Positions 39,601 through 49,215 of a stretch of DNA of 64,000 nt are shown here, in pieces; positions within the stretch are counted from its first letter, which is position 1, and each line of letters starts with the position of its first letter. This DNA is from an uncultured Treponema sp. (GTDB lineage: Bacteria; Spirochaetota; Spirochaetia; Treponematales; Treponemataceae): NCBI GenBank assembly GCA_946407195.1, contig CAMJNC010000002.1, positions 5,658 to 69,657 of the forward strand. Direction: 5' to 3'. The notes below the pieces were generated by a model, which had not been told where the DNA came from, did not search any database, and saw only the letters and a list, made by a program, of their open reading frames with translations. Both the position numbers and the translations under genes were made by a program.

Positions 39601-42600
39601 ATCTTTCTGCTCCTGCGAAACAGAAGGTGCATAAATGTTATCCCAGGTCTTCTCAAAAAGTTCAAGAACTTCTGGATAAGAACAAACCATTCTTACAAAT
39701 TCCACAATAGATTCCTGAGTTCTGGTAACTTCCTTTCCGTTTTCAAGTGTATGTTTGTCATCATTAAATTCAAAAGAAGGGTCATATTCAACATAATCCT
39801 TAGCCTCTTCATTCCACATATGAAAACGAACGTCAGCCTTCAAGAACGTGTTGAACTTTTTATTAAGTTCATCAATAAGTTCAATGCCTTCCTTGAATCC
39901 AAGAACAGTGCCTTCATGAATATTTGCAGGCTTATGATTCGAATCAGTTCCTTCTGTAAAATCAATCTTAATGTATGGAAGATGTAAATCATTAAATTCT
40001 TTTTCACGAAGTTCATTAATTCTCTTGAATTCATCTTCAGTTACAATTTCAGCATCTATCTGTTCTTCCGGTTCAAGCCAGACTGCATCATAGCCTGTTG
40101 AAAGAAGTCCCAGCATATATTCATAGTCTATATTTCTGTCTTCAAGAATGGTTTTGATTTCTTCAAAGGAATCATAATCAGCGGTAAAATGATAGTACAT
40201 AGTGTCATAACGATGTTCTTCCCACGAGACATTATAGGCATTATTTTTTAAATGTTCTTTTAATTCAGCAGCCTTTTCTTCATTTACTGCATAAATAAAG
40301 AATTTAATTTTTCTTGATTCATCTTCAGTAACATTCTCGCTGCTGTTTAATTCAGGTTTTTCAGAAAGTTTCTGTTCGTTAATTAAGTTTCTTACATTTT
40401 CAATTTCATTTTTTGCCATGTGCCTGATGATAAAACCTGCAAGATATTCAGGGCGGTATTCTGCAAGAGACTGCTGGCCGAGAACAAAGAATTTACCCTG
40501 TTTATCTTTATTCCAGCTGAAACCTTCACAAAGATGAGATTTATACAATTCGATAAGAGGAATATGTGCATCAACATCTTCTTCATACTGATAAAATCCA
40601 TTTTCTAACTCTGCACAATCCAAGGCCTCTTTTGAAAGAATCTTTGAAGCAACAGATTCATGAACCATAATTCCACCGTGTCCTGATGTGTCTACAGTAT
40701 AAACACCTGGAATCATTTTATGACAAGAATCTACCTTACCCCATATAGAACTACCCGGACGATTGCTGCGGTCAATTTTTTTAATCTCTTCAAGTTTTTC
40801 TTTATCAACTGTCCAGTTTGTTTCAGAAGCAAGAATATTATTTTTTACAAGATGTTCAACAAGTTCAGGTTCCTGCGAAAGGTTAATGTCCAGATCATCT
40901 TTTGAAATATTATTTAATTTAATATTTTCTGAACTGATTACATCCTGTTTTTCAATATTTTTTGTTCCAAAAAGTTCTTTTTCCTTTTCATAAAGGAAAA
41001 GAGGTTCTTTATAAGGAAGATTTTTCCCTTCCTCTGTAGTTCTGTAATTTGTAACAACAGAATCAAGAGCTTTATATGCATTAATAACATTAGAAGCATG
41101 TTCAGGATGATTTTCATTATGTTTAAGTTCTTTTACAAAATTGTCTCCGATATAAAAAGAATATTCATCATTATGTTTTTCAAAAATAATGCAGCCATTA
41201 CCCTCCGGGTCATCAAAGATATAATCGTCAGGAATATGAATTCCGATTCCGGCACTATAACCTTTATCTTCAAGTTCAAGAAGCTTTTTAAAAGCTTGAT
41301 GGGCAGTCAGATTTGTAACAGGTTCAAAGTCAGCAAACATTTCAAATTCTGCCCTGTCTTTTACAAAGAAACTGAATGGTTCTTTTTTTTCAACAGACTG
41401 TTCGAGTCTTTCTGTTCTTTTATTCATAATTTCATTCCACCTTGCAGCATCGTATTCATCTTCTGTCGGAAGATGTTCATGTTTTTTTTCATAAAATTTT
41501 GCAACTTTTTGCAGATACAAATCTGATGGAGATGTAAGTTTAATTTTCTCATCAGTACCATCTGGCTGTGTTTCAAAAATCTTGAAAAAATCAAAATTAA
41601 TAAGAGTATCTTTTGATGCAACCAGAGTATCTGCATTAAGTTCAATACACTGTTTTTCAATCTTCTTTACATCACTGATTGAAAAGCGTTCAAAATCAAT
41701 TACCCTGCCGTCTTTGTCTACCCATTTTGCGATACATTTTTGTTCTTTTGGCATATTTTTATTCTCCTCGTGTGTAATTTCATTTTTCAATTCAAGCAGG
41801 TTATTAACCTTATATTTTTCATTTACATATTTTACTTCTGCAAAGTTGCCTATGGCATAAACTGCAGGAATGAGACCATTAATAAGTTCAGCCGCCTTGT
41901 TAAATGTAAGTCCTGTTGAGATGCAGTTGTCTATCAGATATATATAATTCCTGCCTTCAGGGAAATTGCTGATGACGTTTTTTCCGTAATCATTCAGGAA
42001 CAGTTCTACTTCAGGTTCCAGTTCTTTCTTTTTCTGTTCATAAAGTGTTTCATGGGGCTTACATTCAAGAATGTTGAAAACAGGTGCATTTATTTTAAGC
42101 CCAACGATTCTCGCAATATCGTAGGTGTATTCCGCCTTACCGTTATGGTTTGGAGCCGGTACAAGATATGTATGTCTGCTTTTATGAATATGTTCTGCGA
42201 TATAAGAAGCTGCTTTTTCAACTGCAATCTTGTATTCTTCAGAATTTCTGTCGGCTTCTTTTATGACATGACAGAGTTCTCTTGTTCCTTTTGAATTGTA
42301 ATAGCTTCTTGCTGTAATCTGGGAACCGGGTGCAACAAAAGGTCCTTTATATTCAAGTTCAAGATTTTCGTTGAGGTAATTTATCTTACATTTTCCAAGA
42401 GAAATATAAGTTCCGTTCTCAAGGCTTTCTTTATCATATATCTGCCATGCTTTTATTGTCTTGTATTCATTAGTTGTTTTATCGTAATCATTGTATTCGT
42501 CAAAAAGAACTATGACAGGCTGGTATTTTTTTGAATTCTCCTTGATGTATTCATCAAGTTCCGAAAAAGATGGTGTTCTGTATTCTGAAAGTTTAAGCTG

Positions 42601-45600
42601 TGTCCTGCAGACATATCCCTCAGAATCAAGTCTTTTGATTACATTATCATATATACTTTTGGTACTGATACTGTAAGCATCGACAATTTTATAAGGTTCT
42701 TCCCTGCTCAAGAACTCTTCTTCTGCTTCAAGTTCTTTTGCCATATTCTGTTTCTCTTCTTTAATTTCCGATATGTTTACATTTTGTTCATTAATAAGTT
42801 CTGTAAGATATTTTACTGGTTCTGAAAGAGAACTTTCAAAGCCATTGTTAATGTTATTGATTCCTTTTGGACCTGGAGAATCATTATAAAAATCAAGTGC
42901 TTTTTTCGGGTCATCAAAAAATTTTCTTTTATAACTCCACTTACCATTTTTTTTATAATGACCTTCATATAGAACTACAAATAGTTCTTTGTTGATTTCA
43001 GAATCTTCAAAAAGCTGAGCATTGGATTTTACTTTCGTGTTAACTAAAGGAACATAGCCTTCTGTGTAAACATGGTTTCCTGCACTTTTTCCGGTTGAGT
43101 AATCCCATTCAATTAAATGTGCAACATCTTCTTTCGGGAGTGAATGTGTAACAGCCCAGAGACGGTCCCAGACCGTATGATAATTAATGGATTTATCATA
43201 GATTCCAAAAACGTTTTCAAGGTCCTCAATTCCTGGCTTCCAGGAAAGACCACGTTCAGGGAATACAGTTCCAATTTTAAAATTTTCAAAACCATTACCA
43301 AGAACATCTCTTAAAGCATGTGCCCTGTCTACTGCTTCTGAAATAGAAAACAGACTGTAAAGTTTGTCCAATATTACAGAAGCTTCTTCACGGTTACAAT
43401 TTCTTTTTGAGACCAGTTCTTCAAGAATTATATTTTTACTTTTTTCAGCAAAGTTTTCTTCCTGTTCTTCAACTTTGTTTTGAGATGTAATATTCATATT
43501 TTTTTCCTCAAAGCTTACAGGTGATATTTCATAAGGTTTAATTACACGTCCTATTCTCGCACCATTTCCTATGATAAGGCTTGCAGCAAGCGAGTTATCT
43601 GAATCAATACCAACAGAGCGTTTATTATTCAGCTGATCTAAATCAGCTGAAAGCTCTTTAATCTTGATGTCGCAGGCATAGACTGTTGTTTTACCCGACT
43701 GATTGTTCATTTCACCGAAGGTTCTCGCTGTTGAAGGAAAACGTGAAAGATAAACATAACCAGGAGTAGACTGATAGGATTTTCTTCTCGTCTGAGTGGT
43801 CTTTTTAATTCCGTTTTTCTGAATGTCTTCATCGTTTGAGGAAGCTGTTCCGTGATAAAGTCTAAGATAATCTTCATTATGTTCTTTAAGCCATTTGTTA
43901 AACTGATTGATTGTATTTTCATCAGGTTCCGGATTGTCAAGGAAACGACCAAGTTCTGTTGTGCCCCACATTTTATATAGCTTTCTGTTTTCATCAATAC
44001 CATGAAGCTCATATTTTGCTTCAAAAATATTTTTATCAACCGGAAGTGATTTATCTGCACTTTCAGATACAACAGTATCAGGCTGCTGAACCTTTGTGTC
44101 AAAATCAGAAAAATCTATATCTTTAGACTTTAATAAGTCTCTGAAATAATCCATATTAGTAAGAACAATTTTAAGTTTATTTTCTCTGATTAAAGAAAGT
44201 TCTGGTTCAGTTTTATAATTATAAAAATACATTGAAGAAGGCATATCACATGATATTTCTTCAAGCTCATATTCAGGTCTTCCTGATTCATATTCTTTAT
44301 CAGAATACAGGCTGAATTCACCACCAGTACTATCACCGACATAAACGGCATAATATTTTTTCCCGTTTTCAAGGTGATAAACAATATCATAAGGAACAGA
44401 ATCATCTTTTTCAAAGTTTTCTACTGTAATAAGAGAACAGCATTTATCATAAAATGTTTTTTCTTTTTGCATTGCCTCTTTAATTACATCAACAGAAGGA
44501 ATGTCTTTATTATAATAAGGAGAAAACTCATCCTGACAATATCGAACCATATCAATAACTTCATCATTTTCCAATGCAGAAGAATAAGAATTTAAAACGG
44601 AACACCATTTTTCAGCCGTTTCCTTATCCGGGAAACTAAGCATCTGCAGTTCTATCATTTTGTTGTTTTCTTCATCAATATTTAACAAAGTAATTTGAGT
44701 TCCAAACAGTCCATTGTTATTTTCGTAAACTTTGTATTTATTTACTGTGTTGTATTTGTTAAGAGAAAAATGTTTTTTATTTTCGTTAATAAGCTTATTT
44801 GTTTTAGGAAGTATTTCTTTTTCAAAAACATCGTTTGAAAGATAACCAGCCTCTTTGCTTAAATCAATTCCCTGAGAATAAGCGTATGTTTGTTCCATTG
44901 CACGAGCAAAGCATTCGCAGGTTCTGTACCAGTATTCACCAAGTTTTTTTGGCTTTGCAGAACCCAATGATGAACGTGTGCTATTCTTTTCACGAACAAG
45001 AGACTTGTAAAGCTTTGCAATCTCGTTTTCAGCAGTACCTTCTTTATCAGATGCAAAGAAATTTTCTGTTTCACGACCTTTAAGTGCATCAAGCCAATGT
45101 GCAGTTTCATGAATCATTGTAACGTCTGGTGTATGATTTATGCCTGCGGTTTTTTCCTGCTTTGCATCATCAAAAAAAGAAACTCCGATAGTGTTTTCAT
45201 AGGGAGCCCATACTCCGATAGCTTTCATGCAATACTGCATACAGTTATCAGCATAAGAAAGTTTTATGTTTTCTTTATCTGCAAGAGATTTTATGTTTCC
45301 GTAAAAACTGAAGGTTTTATCAAGAGCGGCTTTTACCCTTTCAATCTGTTTTTCCTGGAAAGGCTTACCGTTCTGTTTTTTAAGGCGGATTCCATATTGT
45401 TCTTTAAGAATGTCAGAACAACTGGTATCTCCATAGGCAGTTTCACGGCCTTTTGCATGAGATTCAATGTATTCTGTTTTAGAAAGATTCAGATCAAGTC
45501 TCTTATCTTTAATTGCATCAAGGAGAGGCTGCCACTGCTCTTTAAAAATTACTTGGTTCTGTCTTACGTAACCTTTATTATAAAAACTCTGTGACTTGTA

Positions 45601-46143
45601 TTTTTCAGTAAGAACATCAATTTCGTCTTTATACTTATCACAGAATCTTAGAAGTTCTGCAATGTCATAGTAGCGGTTTATGGTAATGCTTTTCTGGCTT
45701 CTAGGAAGAGATACACGGGCATCGTACTGCTGTTCCCGTAACTCTTCACGTCTGTATTTAAGATAGTAATCAATGGTTGCAGAAAGAAGGTCAAGAGACA
45801 TCTTATAATATCTGCACTCCCACTCTTCTCTTTTGTGACTGCGGCCGCCAGCCTTTTCAATTACTTCATCTTTTTTTTCAAGCTTTGATTGAACATAATA
45901 ATAGCCGTCAGAATCCTTTACGCAAACCGGAAGAAAATCATCTGCAATTAAACCGTCTTTGTCAAATTCAGGAATCCAGGAAGGACGAGGATTTGTAAGA
46001 ATATCTTTTCGGTTCACAAGATAAACCTTGTTGTGCTCAATGCCAGTATAATCAATTACTTTTTTTCCGTTCTTATCAAATACGGAAGGAGTAAAACTGT
46101 ATTCTTTTAATTCAAAATCCTCAGCTTCTAAATCTTCTGCCAT
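36661..46143 (-). CDS. Giant polyvalent protein (3160 aa): LPD1-like zincin, ADP-ribosyltransferase-like, PRTase-like and other domains
   Basis: IHETAHWLD...YWYRTCECFARAME; LRLYHGT...YVYLS; LVPAPNH...IYLIDNCISTGLTF; SIWG...TSGHGG...YEED; GGAGG RBS; ends GDQMER. Confidence 0.85.
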   Translation of the reverse strand: MAEDLEAEDFELKEYSFTPSVFDKNGKKVIDYTGIEHNKVYLVNRKDILTNPRPSWIPEFDKDGLIADDFLPVCVKDSDGYYYVQSKLEKKDEVIEKAGGRSHKREEWECRYYKMSLDLLSATIDYYLKYRREELREQQYDARVSLPRSQKSITINRYYDIAELLRFCDKYKDEIDVLTEKYKSQSFYNKGYVRQNQVIFKEQWQPLLDAIKDKRLDLNLSKTEYIESHAKGRETAYGDTSCSDILKEQYGIRLKKQNGKPFQEKQIERVKAALDKTFSFYGNIKSLADKENIKLSYADNCMQYCMKAIGVWAPYENTIGVSFFDDAKQEKTAGINHTPDVTMIHETAHWLDALKGRETENFFASDKEGTAENEIAKLYKSLVREKNSTRSSLGSAKPKKLGEYWYRTCECFARAMEQTYAYSQGIDLSKEAGYLSNDVFEKEILPKTNKLINENKKHFSLNKYNTVNKYKVYENNNGLFGTQITLLNIDEENNKMIELQMLSFPDKETAEKWCSVLNSYSSALENDEVIDMVRYCQDEFSPYYNKDIPSVDVIKEAMQKEKTFYDKCCSLITVENFEKDDSVPYDIVYHLENGKKYYAVYVGDSTGGEFSLYSDKEYESGRPEYELEEISCDMPSSMYFYNYKTEPELSLIRENKLKIVLTNMDYFRDLLKSKDIDFSDFDTKVQQPDTVVSESADKSLPVDKNIFEAKYELHGIDENRKLYKMWGTTELGRFLDNPEPDENTINQFNKWLKEHNEDYLRLYHGTASSNDEDIQKNGIKKTTQTRRKSYQSTPGYVYLSRFPSTARTFGEMNNQSGKTTVYACDIKIKELSADLDQLNNKRSVGIDSDNSLAASLIIGNGARIGRVIKPYEISPVSFEEKNMNITSQNKVEEQEENFAEKSKNIILEELVSKRNCNREEASVILDKLYSLFSISEAVDRAHALRDVLGNGFENFKIGTVFPERGLSWKPGIEDLENVFGIYDKSINYHTVWDRLWAVTHSLPKEDVAHLIEWDYSTGKSAGNHVYTEGYVPLVNTKVKSNAQLFEDSEINKELFVVLYEGHYKKNGKWSYKRKFFDDPKKALDFYNDSPGPKGINNINNGFESSLSEPVKYLTELINEQNVNISEIKEEKQNMAKELEAEEEFLSREEPYKIVDAYSISTKSIYDNVIKRLDSEGYVCRTQLKLSEYRTPSFSELDEYIKENSKKYQPVIVLFDEYNDYDKTTNEYKTIKAWQIYDKESLENGTYISLGKCKINYLNENLELEYKGPFVAPGSQITARSYYNSKGTRELCHVIKEADRNSEEYKIAVEKAASYIAEHIHKSRHTYLVPAPNHNGKAEYTYDIARIVGLKINAPVFNILECKPHETLYEQKKKELEPEVELFLNDYGKNVISNFPEGRNYIYLIDNCISTGLTFNKAAELINGLIPAVYAIGNFAEVKYVNEKYKVNNLLELKNEITHEENKNMPKEQKCIAKWVDKDGRVIDFERFSISDVKKIEKQCIELNADTLVASKDTLINFDFFKIFETQPDGTDEKIKLTSPSDLYLQKVAKFYEKKHEHLPTEDEYDAARWNEIMNKRTERLEQSVEKKEPFSFFVKDRAEFEMFADFEPVTNLTAHQAFKKLLELEDKGYSAGIGIHIPDDYIFDDPEGNGCIIFEKHNDEYSFYIGDNFVKELKHNENHPEHASNVINAYKALDSVVTNYRTTEEGKNLPYKEPLFLYEKEKELFGTKNIEKQDVISSENIKLNNISKDDLDINLSQEPELVEHLVKNNILASETNWTVDKEKLEEIKKIDRSNRPGSSIWGKVDSCHKMIPGVYTVDTSGHGGIMVHESVASKILSKEALDCAELENGFYQYEEDVDAHIPLIELYKSHLCEGFSWNKDKQGKFFVLGQQSLAEYRPEYLAGFIIRHMAKNEIENVRNLINEQKLSEKPELNSSENVTEDESRKIKFFIYAVNEEKAAELKEHLKNNAYNVSWEEHRYDTMYYHFTADYDSFEEIKTILEDRNIDYEYMLGLLSTGYDAVWLEPEEQIDAEIVTEDEFKRINELREKEFNDLHLPYIKIDFTEGTDSNHKPANIHEGTVLGFKEGIELIDELNKKFNTFLKADVRFHMWNEEAKDYVEYDPSFEFNDDKHTLENGKEVTRTQESIVEFVRMVCSYPEVLELFEKTWDNIYAPSVSQEQKDFVKELTQDSFNSLEKSYKKDFEELKTIVDEDKEIHSSWIIDAGVSKKSKEKVSQKQSDIASYFATSLEHMVTRVDMYLEDHPEMENKDEFTVYARQKIKDVMQNVKYNESRKAQYGEHGYTFDFSLWRKANEQILDSGDYDAEMDKIFALKEESRKQTMEYTQELKNSQYDFIALADLICQSAYEQSGSGFNYYMSFDVIASLAGKDETWVKENIHNICEALEEHNDELLLDFNEKDALSEDGEIDLNFCFVGEDENYLFKQNDDGRWVRRTDDELRIIEKEEGLDFGLPEENKKVAFSLQKLFEKYKSEEKTYESDFVEYAELIDKQKLRKVSLVFPDATEFDLVGLDGEVIYKEGDVCNYFKEQDGTVLIHNETRNLVFGMNESDYNTAVIETPQILKEGSTYSLSLKQLFSQLEQNNGLFFFNDKKCVSLSSGSYIEFKEHESESPDNVYYDMYSKGGDLLCCDGETVAFRGYTENGLLNFECLSGDEKVFILSKEEFETATFTTGIQTEIAKENPVIDFAKNHVDLNKFLTAYHENYDLYYKDIEGETRNEQYLHTELFDFLMENSNTFKEFVSEVAMHRKDFFSSDRECSAFMRTFRDMGILREVHFSDYDNEKAADVLCVYSVLKPLEKDYTISYFSKEEALAVITGLRANDYEAEVDKGELCVLDPQLYEKYEVDLRTLIEHADNSAAQNIKAPSGKLLSEIYSELDKEFGKEPVTETKNAEKKLSKENPLSKITDNVSQIPVSQALEKAGFSELSDGTYELDGIKVSGSFTKSDKAEIRIEKSNGLSRTFNPESVSNKDIGIYELFNSFFKSGFLKEENCPNIKSFLETYTEDKTQSESIPPAPDFMQKENTKANRVELNLTPNGKNLSVKFEKILSTEERKTISEIGFAYSTISQSWKAEFNQENGNNLLLAIRTFWPGEYASSLKQMGELSQSAQKSLNLMKASGIQSDLPEQHPPVKRTDDRGDQMER

Positions 46144-46161
46144 AAAATCAATCCTCCACTT

Positions 46162-47481
46162 TTATCTTTCCTGTTCCCAGTTTTCTTCAGTTATTTCTTT
46201 AGGATGTTTATTCTGATAGCTGCGTTTTATGCTGTCTTTGATTTTTTCTATCTGGGAAGTTTTTTTATCATCACGGTTGTAGACAGGACGTAAACGAACC
46301 GGAAGTTTGTTGAATTCTTCAATTTCTTTTAGATAGTCTTTTTCACGTTTCTGTGGTGTTTTTCCAGCCTTAATGCAAAGTTCATCAACTTCATGGTCAG
46401 AAAGAATTCTGTTTACCTTCATTTTTCCTGTAATTATCCATTCTTCTGTCTGAGGGTCTGGATTTGTTCTATAACGATATGAACCATTTTCAGGAACATG
46501 CTGCAGACCAGCATACGCATGCCGGAAACTTCCGTTTTCTGTCTTTCCGGCATCCATCGCTTCCTGCTGATAATCATTATCACAAGAATATTCACATTCC
46601 GCCCAGACAAATTCTTTAGGGAAAAGTTCTTTCTGACCATTCAAAGGATTTACCTTCTCAAACTGACGTGCAATAGGAACTTCTCCAAGATGCCAGCCGG
46701 GTCTATATGCAAGGGTTCCCTTACTGCAGTGTGTACCTACTCCACCTTTTTCAATCTGTGGGCGGCCAGTTTTTGTAGTTCCTGCTACCGGGCCAGCTGA
46801 AGCATCAAGCCAGACTCCCATAGGTGTGTCAGAACCGCCAGGATTTTTTACCATAGGCGGATATAGTTTTCCGTCCTTGAGATAAAAGACTTTGTATGCA
46901 ACAGCTGTTTTATTGGGAATCTGTTCTGAAAGTTTTACACCTTCAGAAGATAAGCTTTCATCAATAGGTTCAACAGATTTTTCAATTATTTTTTCATTAG
47001 AAATATCTTTTGTTTCAAAAAGTTCTGAGACAGAAACAATATTTTCTTCTGCAAAACCATTGAAAAAAACTTCATTTATTTTTTCGATTTCTTCTTTGTT
47101 GTAAAGGTTTGTACCATCCAGATCATCAAGAGAAATATCATATTCCTTTGTTTCAACGTTATAGAACATACCGTCTTTATTGCGAATCTGATATAAAGGT
47201 TCTTCAAACTCAATGGCAAGCCCCAGAACACGGGCCTGGTCAAACTCCATCTTTGCACCTTTTGAACTTCTCCAGTTTGACATCAGATAAATAGTGTCGC
47301 AGAAAGAAAGTGCAAGTAAATCAAGCTGCATAAACTGACCATGAGTAAACATGTCTGGATGTACAGCAGGATTAAAAACCATATCTCCGTCAGAAGAAAG
47401 CTTTTGTGCATACTTAGCAAAGCGTTCTGCAAAACCATCATCGCCGGTAATCTTACCGGACAGATAAATTTTTCTTGCCAT
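46162..47481 (-). CDS. DUF4406 (nucleoside deoxyribosyltransferase-like fold) domain fused to an LAYRPGWH domain
   Basis: Start corrected to ATG 47481; KIYLSGKITG...FNPA...CDTIYLMSNWRSSKGAKME; C-half AYKVF...GKLYPPM...LAYRPGWH; ends NWEQER. Confidence 0.8.
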   Translation of the reverse strand: MARKIYLSGKITGDDGFAERFAKYAQKLSSDGDMVFNPAVHPDMFTHGQFMQLDLLALSFCDTIYLMSNWRSSKGAKMEFDQARVLGLAIEFEEPLYQIRNKDGMFYNVETKEYDISLDDLDGTNLYNKEEIEKINEVFFNGFAEENIVSVSELFETKDISNEKIIEKSVEPIDESLSSEGVKLSEQIPNKTAVAYKVFYLKDGKLYPPMVKNPGGSDTPMGVWLDASAGPVAGTTKTGRPQIEKGGVGTHCSKGTLAYRPGWHLGEVPIARQFEKVNPLNGQKELFPKEFVWAECEYSCDNDYQQEAMDAGKTENGSFRHAYAGLQHVPENGSYRYRTNPDPQTEEWIITGKMKVNRILSDHEVDELCIKAGKTPQKREKDYLKEIEEFNKLPVRLRPVYNRDDKKTSQIEKIKDSIKRSYQNKHPKEITEENWEQER

Positions 47482-47505
47482 AATACAAAATCCTATAAGA
47501 TATAA

Positions 47506-47557
47506 ATAATAAAAAGACACTTTCAATATGTAAAAGTATCTGACAGAATATTCTGTC
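47506..47557 (-). promoter_or_regulatory. Promoter overlapped by AGTGTC box, with upstream 16-bp palindrome
   Basis: TTTACA-N17-TATTAT with AGTGTCTTTTTATTAT (47521-47506) covering spacer and -10; GACAGAATATTCTGTC palindrome at 47542-47557. Confidence 0.55.
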
Positions 47558-47603
47558 CGGGCAATGCCCCAAAAAAAACAGTTTTTAAATCTATATTTTT
47601 AAG

Positions 47604-48233
47604 TTATCGTGTTACAAATTCAGATGATTCAAGGCGTTCAATATGACGGTTTTCAAGTTTAAGGTATTTATGAGGGTCATAAACAATTACCCTCTCTCCT
47701 TTTTCATCGCTGTAAAGGGAGCCTAGGATGCCAAACATATTGAGGTAAGCGCATGCTTTCTCAATGTCTTTTTGCACCGTATGTTCGATAATAAGGTTCA
47801 TAAGAGAAAGCCCTGAATCAAGGTCAGATAATAAGGCTTTTTTTCTGTCGTAAAAGATTTTCATTTCATCATTATAGACAGAAAGCTGCTTGTCAGGTTC
47901 AATGTCTGCAATATAATTCTTAACGTTCGCATCCATTTTCTGTGCTTCCGTTCTGAAAAGGTATGCAATAGCAGCATTCGACATAATACTGTCACGAACC
48001 GTTACAGACTGTTCTGAAAGAGGCTTATCCATGACAAGAAGATAATCTTTATGAGGAATAAGAATATCAAACCAGATGTTCTTGGAATAAATACTTACAG
48101 AGCGTTTTGTTTCTGATTTTTCAATTTCTTCGTCATAGGAAACAAGGATTCCGGCACCTTCATTATTTATTTCCTTAACGATGTATTTGTTTGCGGCAAT
48201 GAATGCCTTATCCATTCTGATGTTTTCATCCAT
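47604..48233 (-). CDS. Hypothetical protein, possibly a degenerate polyvalent-type ART domain
   Basis: ILIP...LVMDKPLSEQS and YLNMFGILG...VIVYDP recall the C-half of ART-PolyVal domains; ends EFVTR. Confidence 0.65.
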   Translation of the reverse strand: MDENIRMDKAFIAANKYIVKEINNEGAGILVSYDEEIEKSETKRSVSIYSKNIWFDILIPHKDYLLVMDKPLSEQSVTVRDSIMSNAAIAYLFRTEAQKMDANVKNYIADIEPDKQLSVYNDEMKIFYDRKKALLSDLDSGLSLMNLIIEHTVQKDIEKACAYLNMFGILGSLYSDEKGERVIVYDPHKYLKLENRHIERLESSEFVTR

Positions 48234-48236
48234 AGC

Positions 48237-49196
48237 TTAAAGTCCCCTTGTTTCGTTTCTTGAAGAACGTGAGTGTTCCGGTATCCTCTGAATTACAGGC
48301 TGTTTTTTGATGTTCTGGTTTATGAAAAGTCTGTCACCGATAGAAGCTGCTTTTGGAGATTTAAAACCTTTGTTATGTGTAAGAACCGGCTTTGTATGGC
48401 TGTAGACTGGTTCAGTAGAATAACCTATATGAGTAAGGCGTTCAGTAAAACTAGACGCATGGAACAAAAGTTTTGCAAAGTTTTCTGCTCCAAGGTTTTC
48501 AAGAGCAGCCTTAAAATCTGCCTCACTGGCAGTGTTTTCAAGTTTGATGTCGCAGCCCATTTGCTGGGAAAAATATTTATGAAGTGTATAGAAAACTTTC
48601 TGTTCGGCTGGTTCGAGGGCAAGTAAGTTTTTGATTTCAGAAATTGTGTTCTTTGTCTTTTCCTTGATTTCCGGTGTTGAATAATTTTTAACAAAGTTTT
48701 CTTTACGGCATCTGCTTACTTCCTTTTCATCAGCTGAAAGCTCATTTTCTGTCATAGAGGCAATGAGCTCTCCTTTAAGAATTTCCTGACGTTTTGTTTT
48801 AGGGGTCATGTTCATTGCGTTAATGATAGACTTTTCAGTAAACTGATTTAAAAGGTAAGCCTGTTGAAAATCAAGAAGCGGAGTGTTGGCAGCAAGAAGG
48901 ACAGGCGGTGCGGCAGAGTCTTTTAATACAAGCCCAAGGTCTGCACTGTCCGAAGCAAAGATCCACTTCTGTTCACTGTTACCGTTAAGTGAATCTGAAA
49001 GTTCAAGCTCACTTTCCTGAATGGAAGACAGAGAATGTCCGGAAATTACATTACGGTTTTTCTGCATTGGAGTTTTAGTAAACGGGAAGGTACCCTTCTG
49101 AATATTGGCTTCTGCAAGAAGCGCAATATTATTTACAAGATGTTTATCAAGATATTCTTTTGGTGAATATGTTTCCAAAACGGTGTCATTTTCCAT
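48237..49196 (-). CDS. Hypothetical protein, weak ArdC-N (ssDNA-binding)-like N-terminus
   Basis: IQKGTFPF...NVISGHSL...QKWIF pattern; GGAGG RBS. CDS is confident, function is weak. Confidence 0.65.
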   Translation of the reverse strand: MENDTVLETYSPKEYLDKHLVNNIALLAEANIQKGTFPFTKTPMQKNRNVISGHSLSSIQESELELSDSLNGNSEQKWIFASDSADLGLVLKDSAAPPVLLAANTPLLDFQQAYLLNQFTEKSIINAMNMTPKTKRQEILKGELIASMTENELSADEKEVSRCRKENFVKNYSTPEIKEKTKNTISEIKNLLALEPAEQKVFYTLHKYFSQQMGCDIKLENTASEADFKAALENLGAENFAKLLFHASSFTERLTHIGYSTEPVYSHTKPVLTHNKGFKSPKAASIGDRLFINQNIKKQPVIQRIPEHSRSSRNETRGL

Positions 49197-49215
49197 TCAT
49201 TACCTCCGGTAAAAA

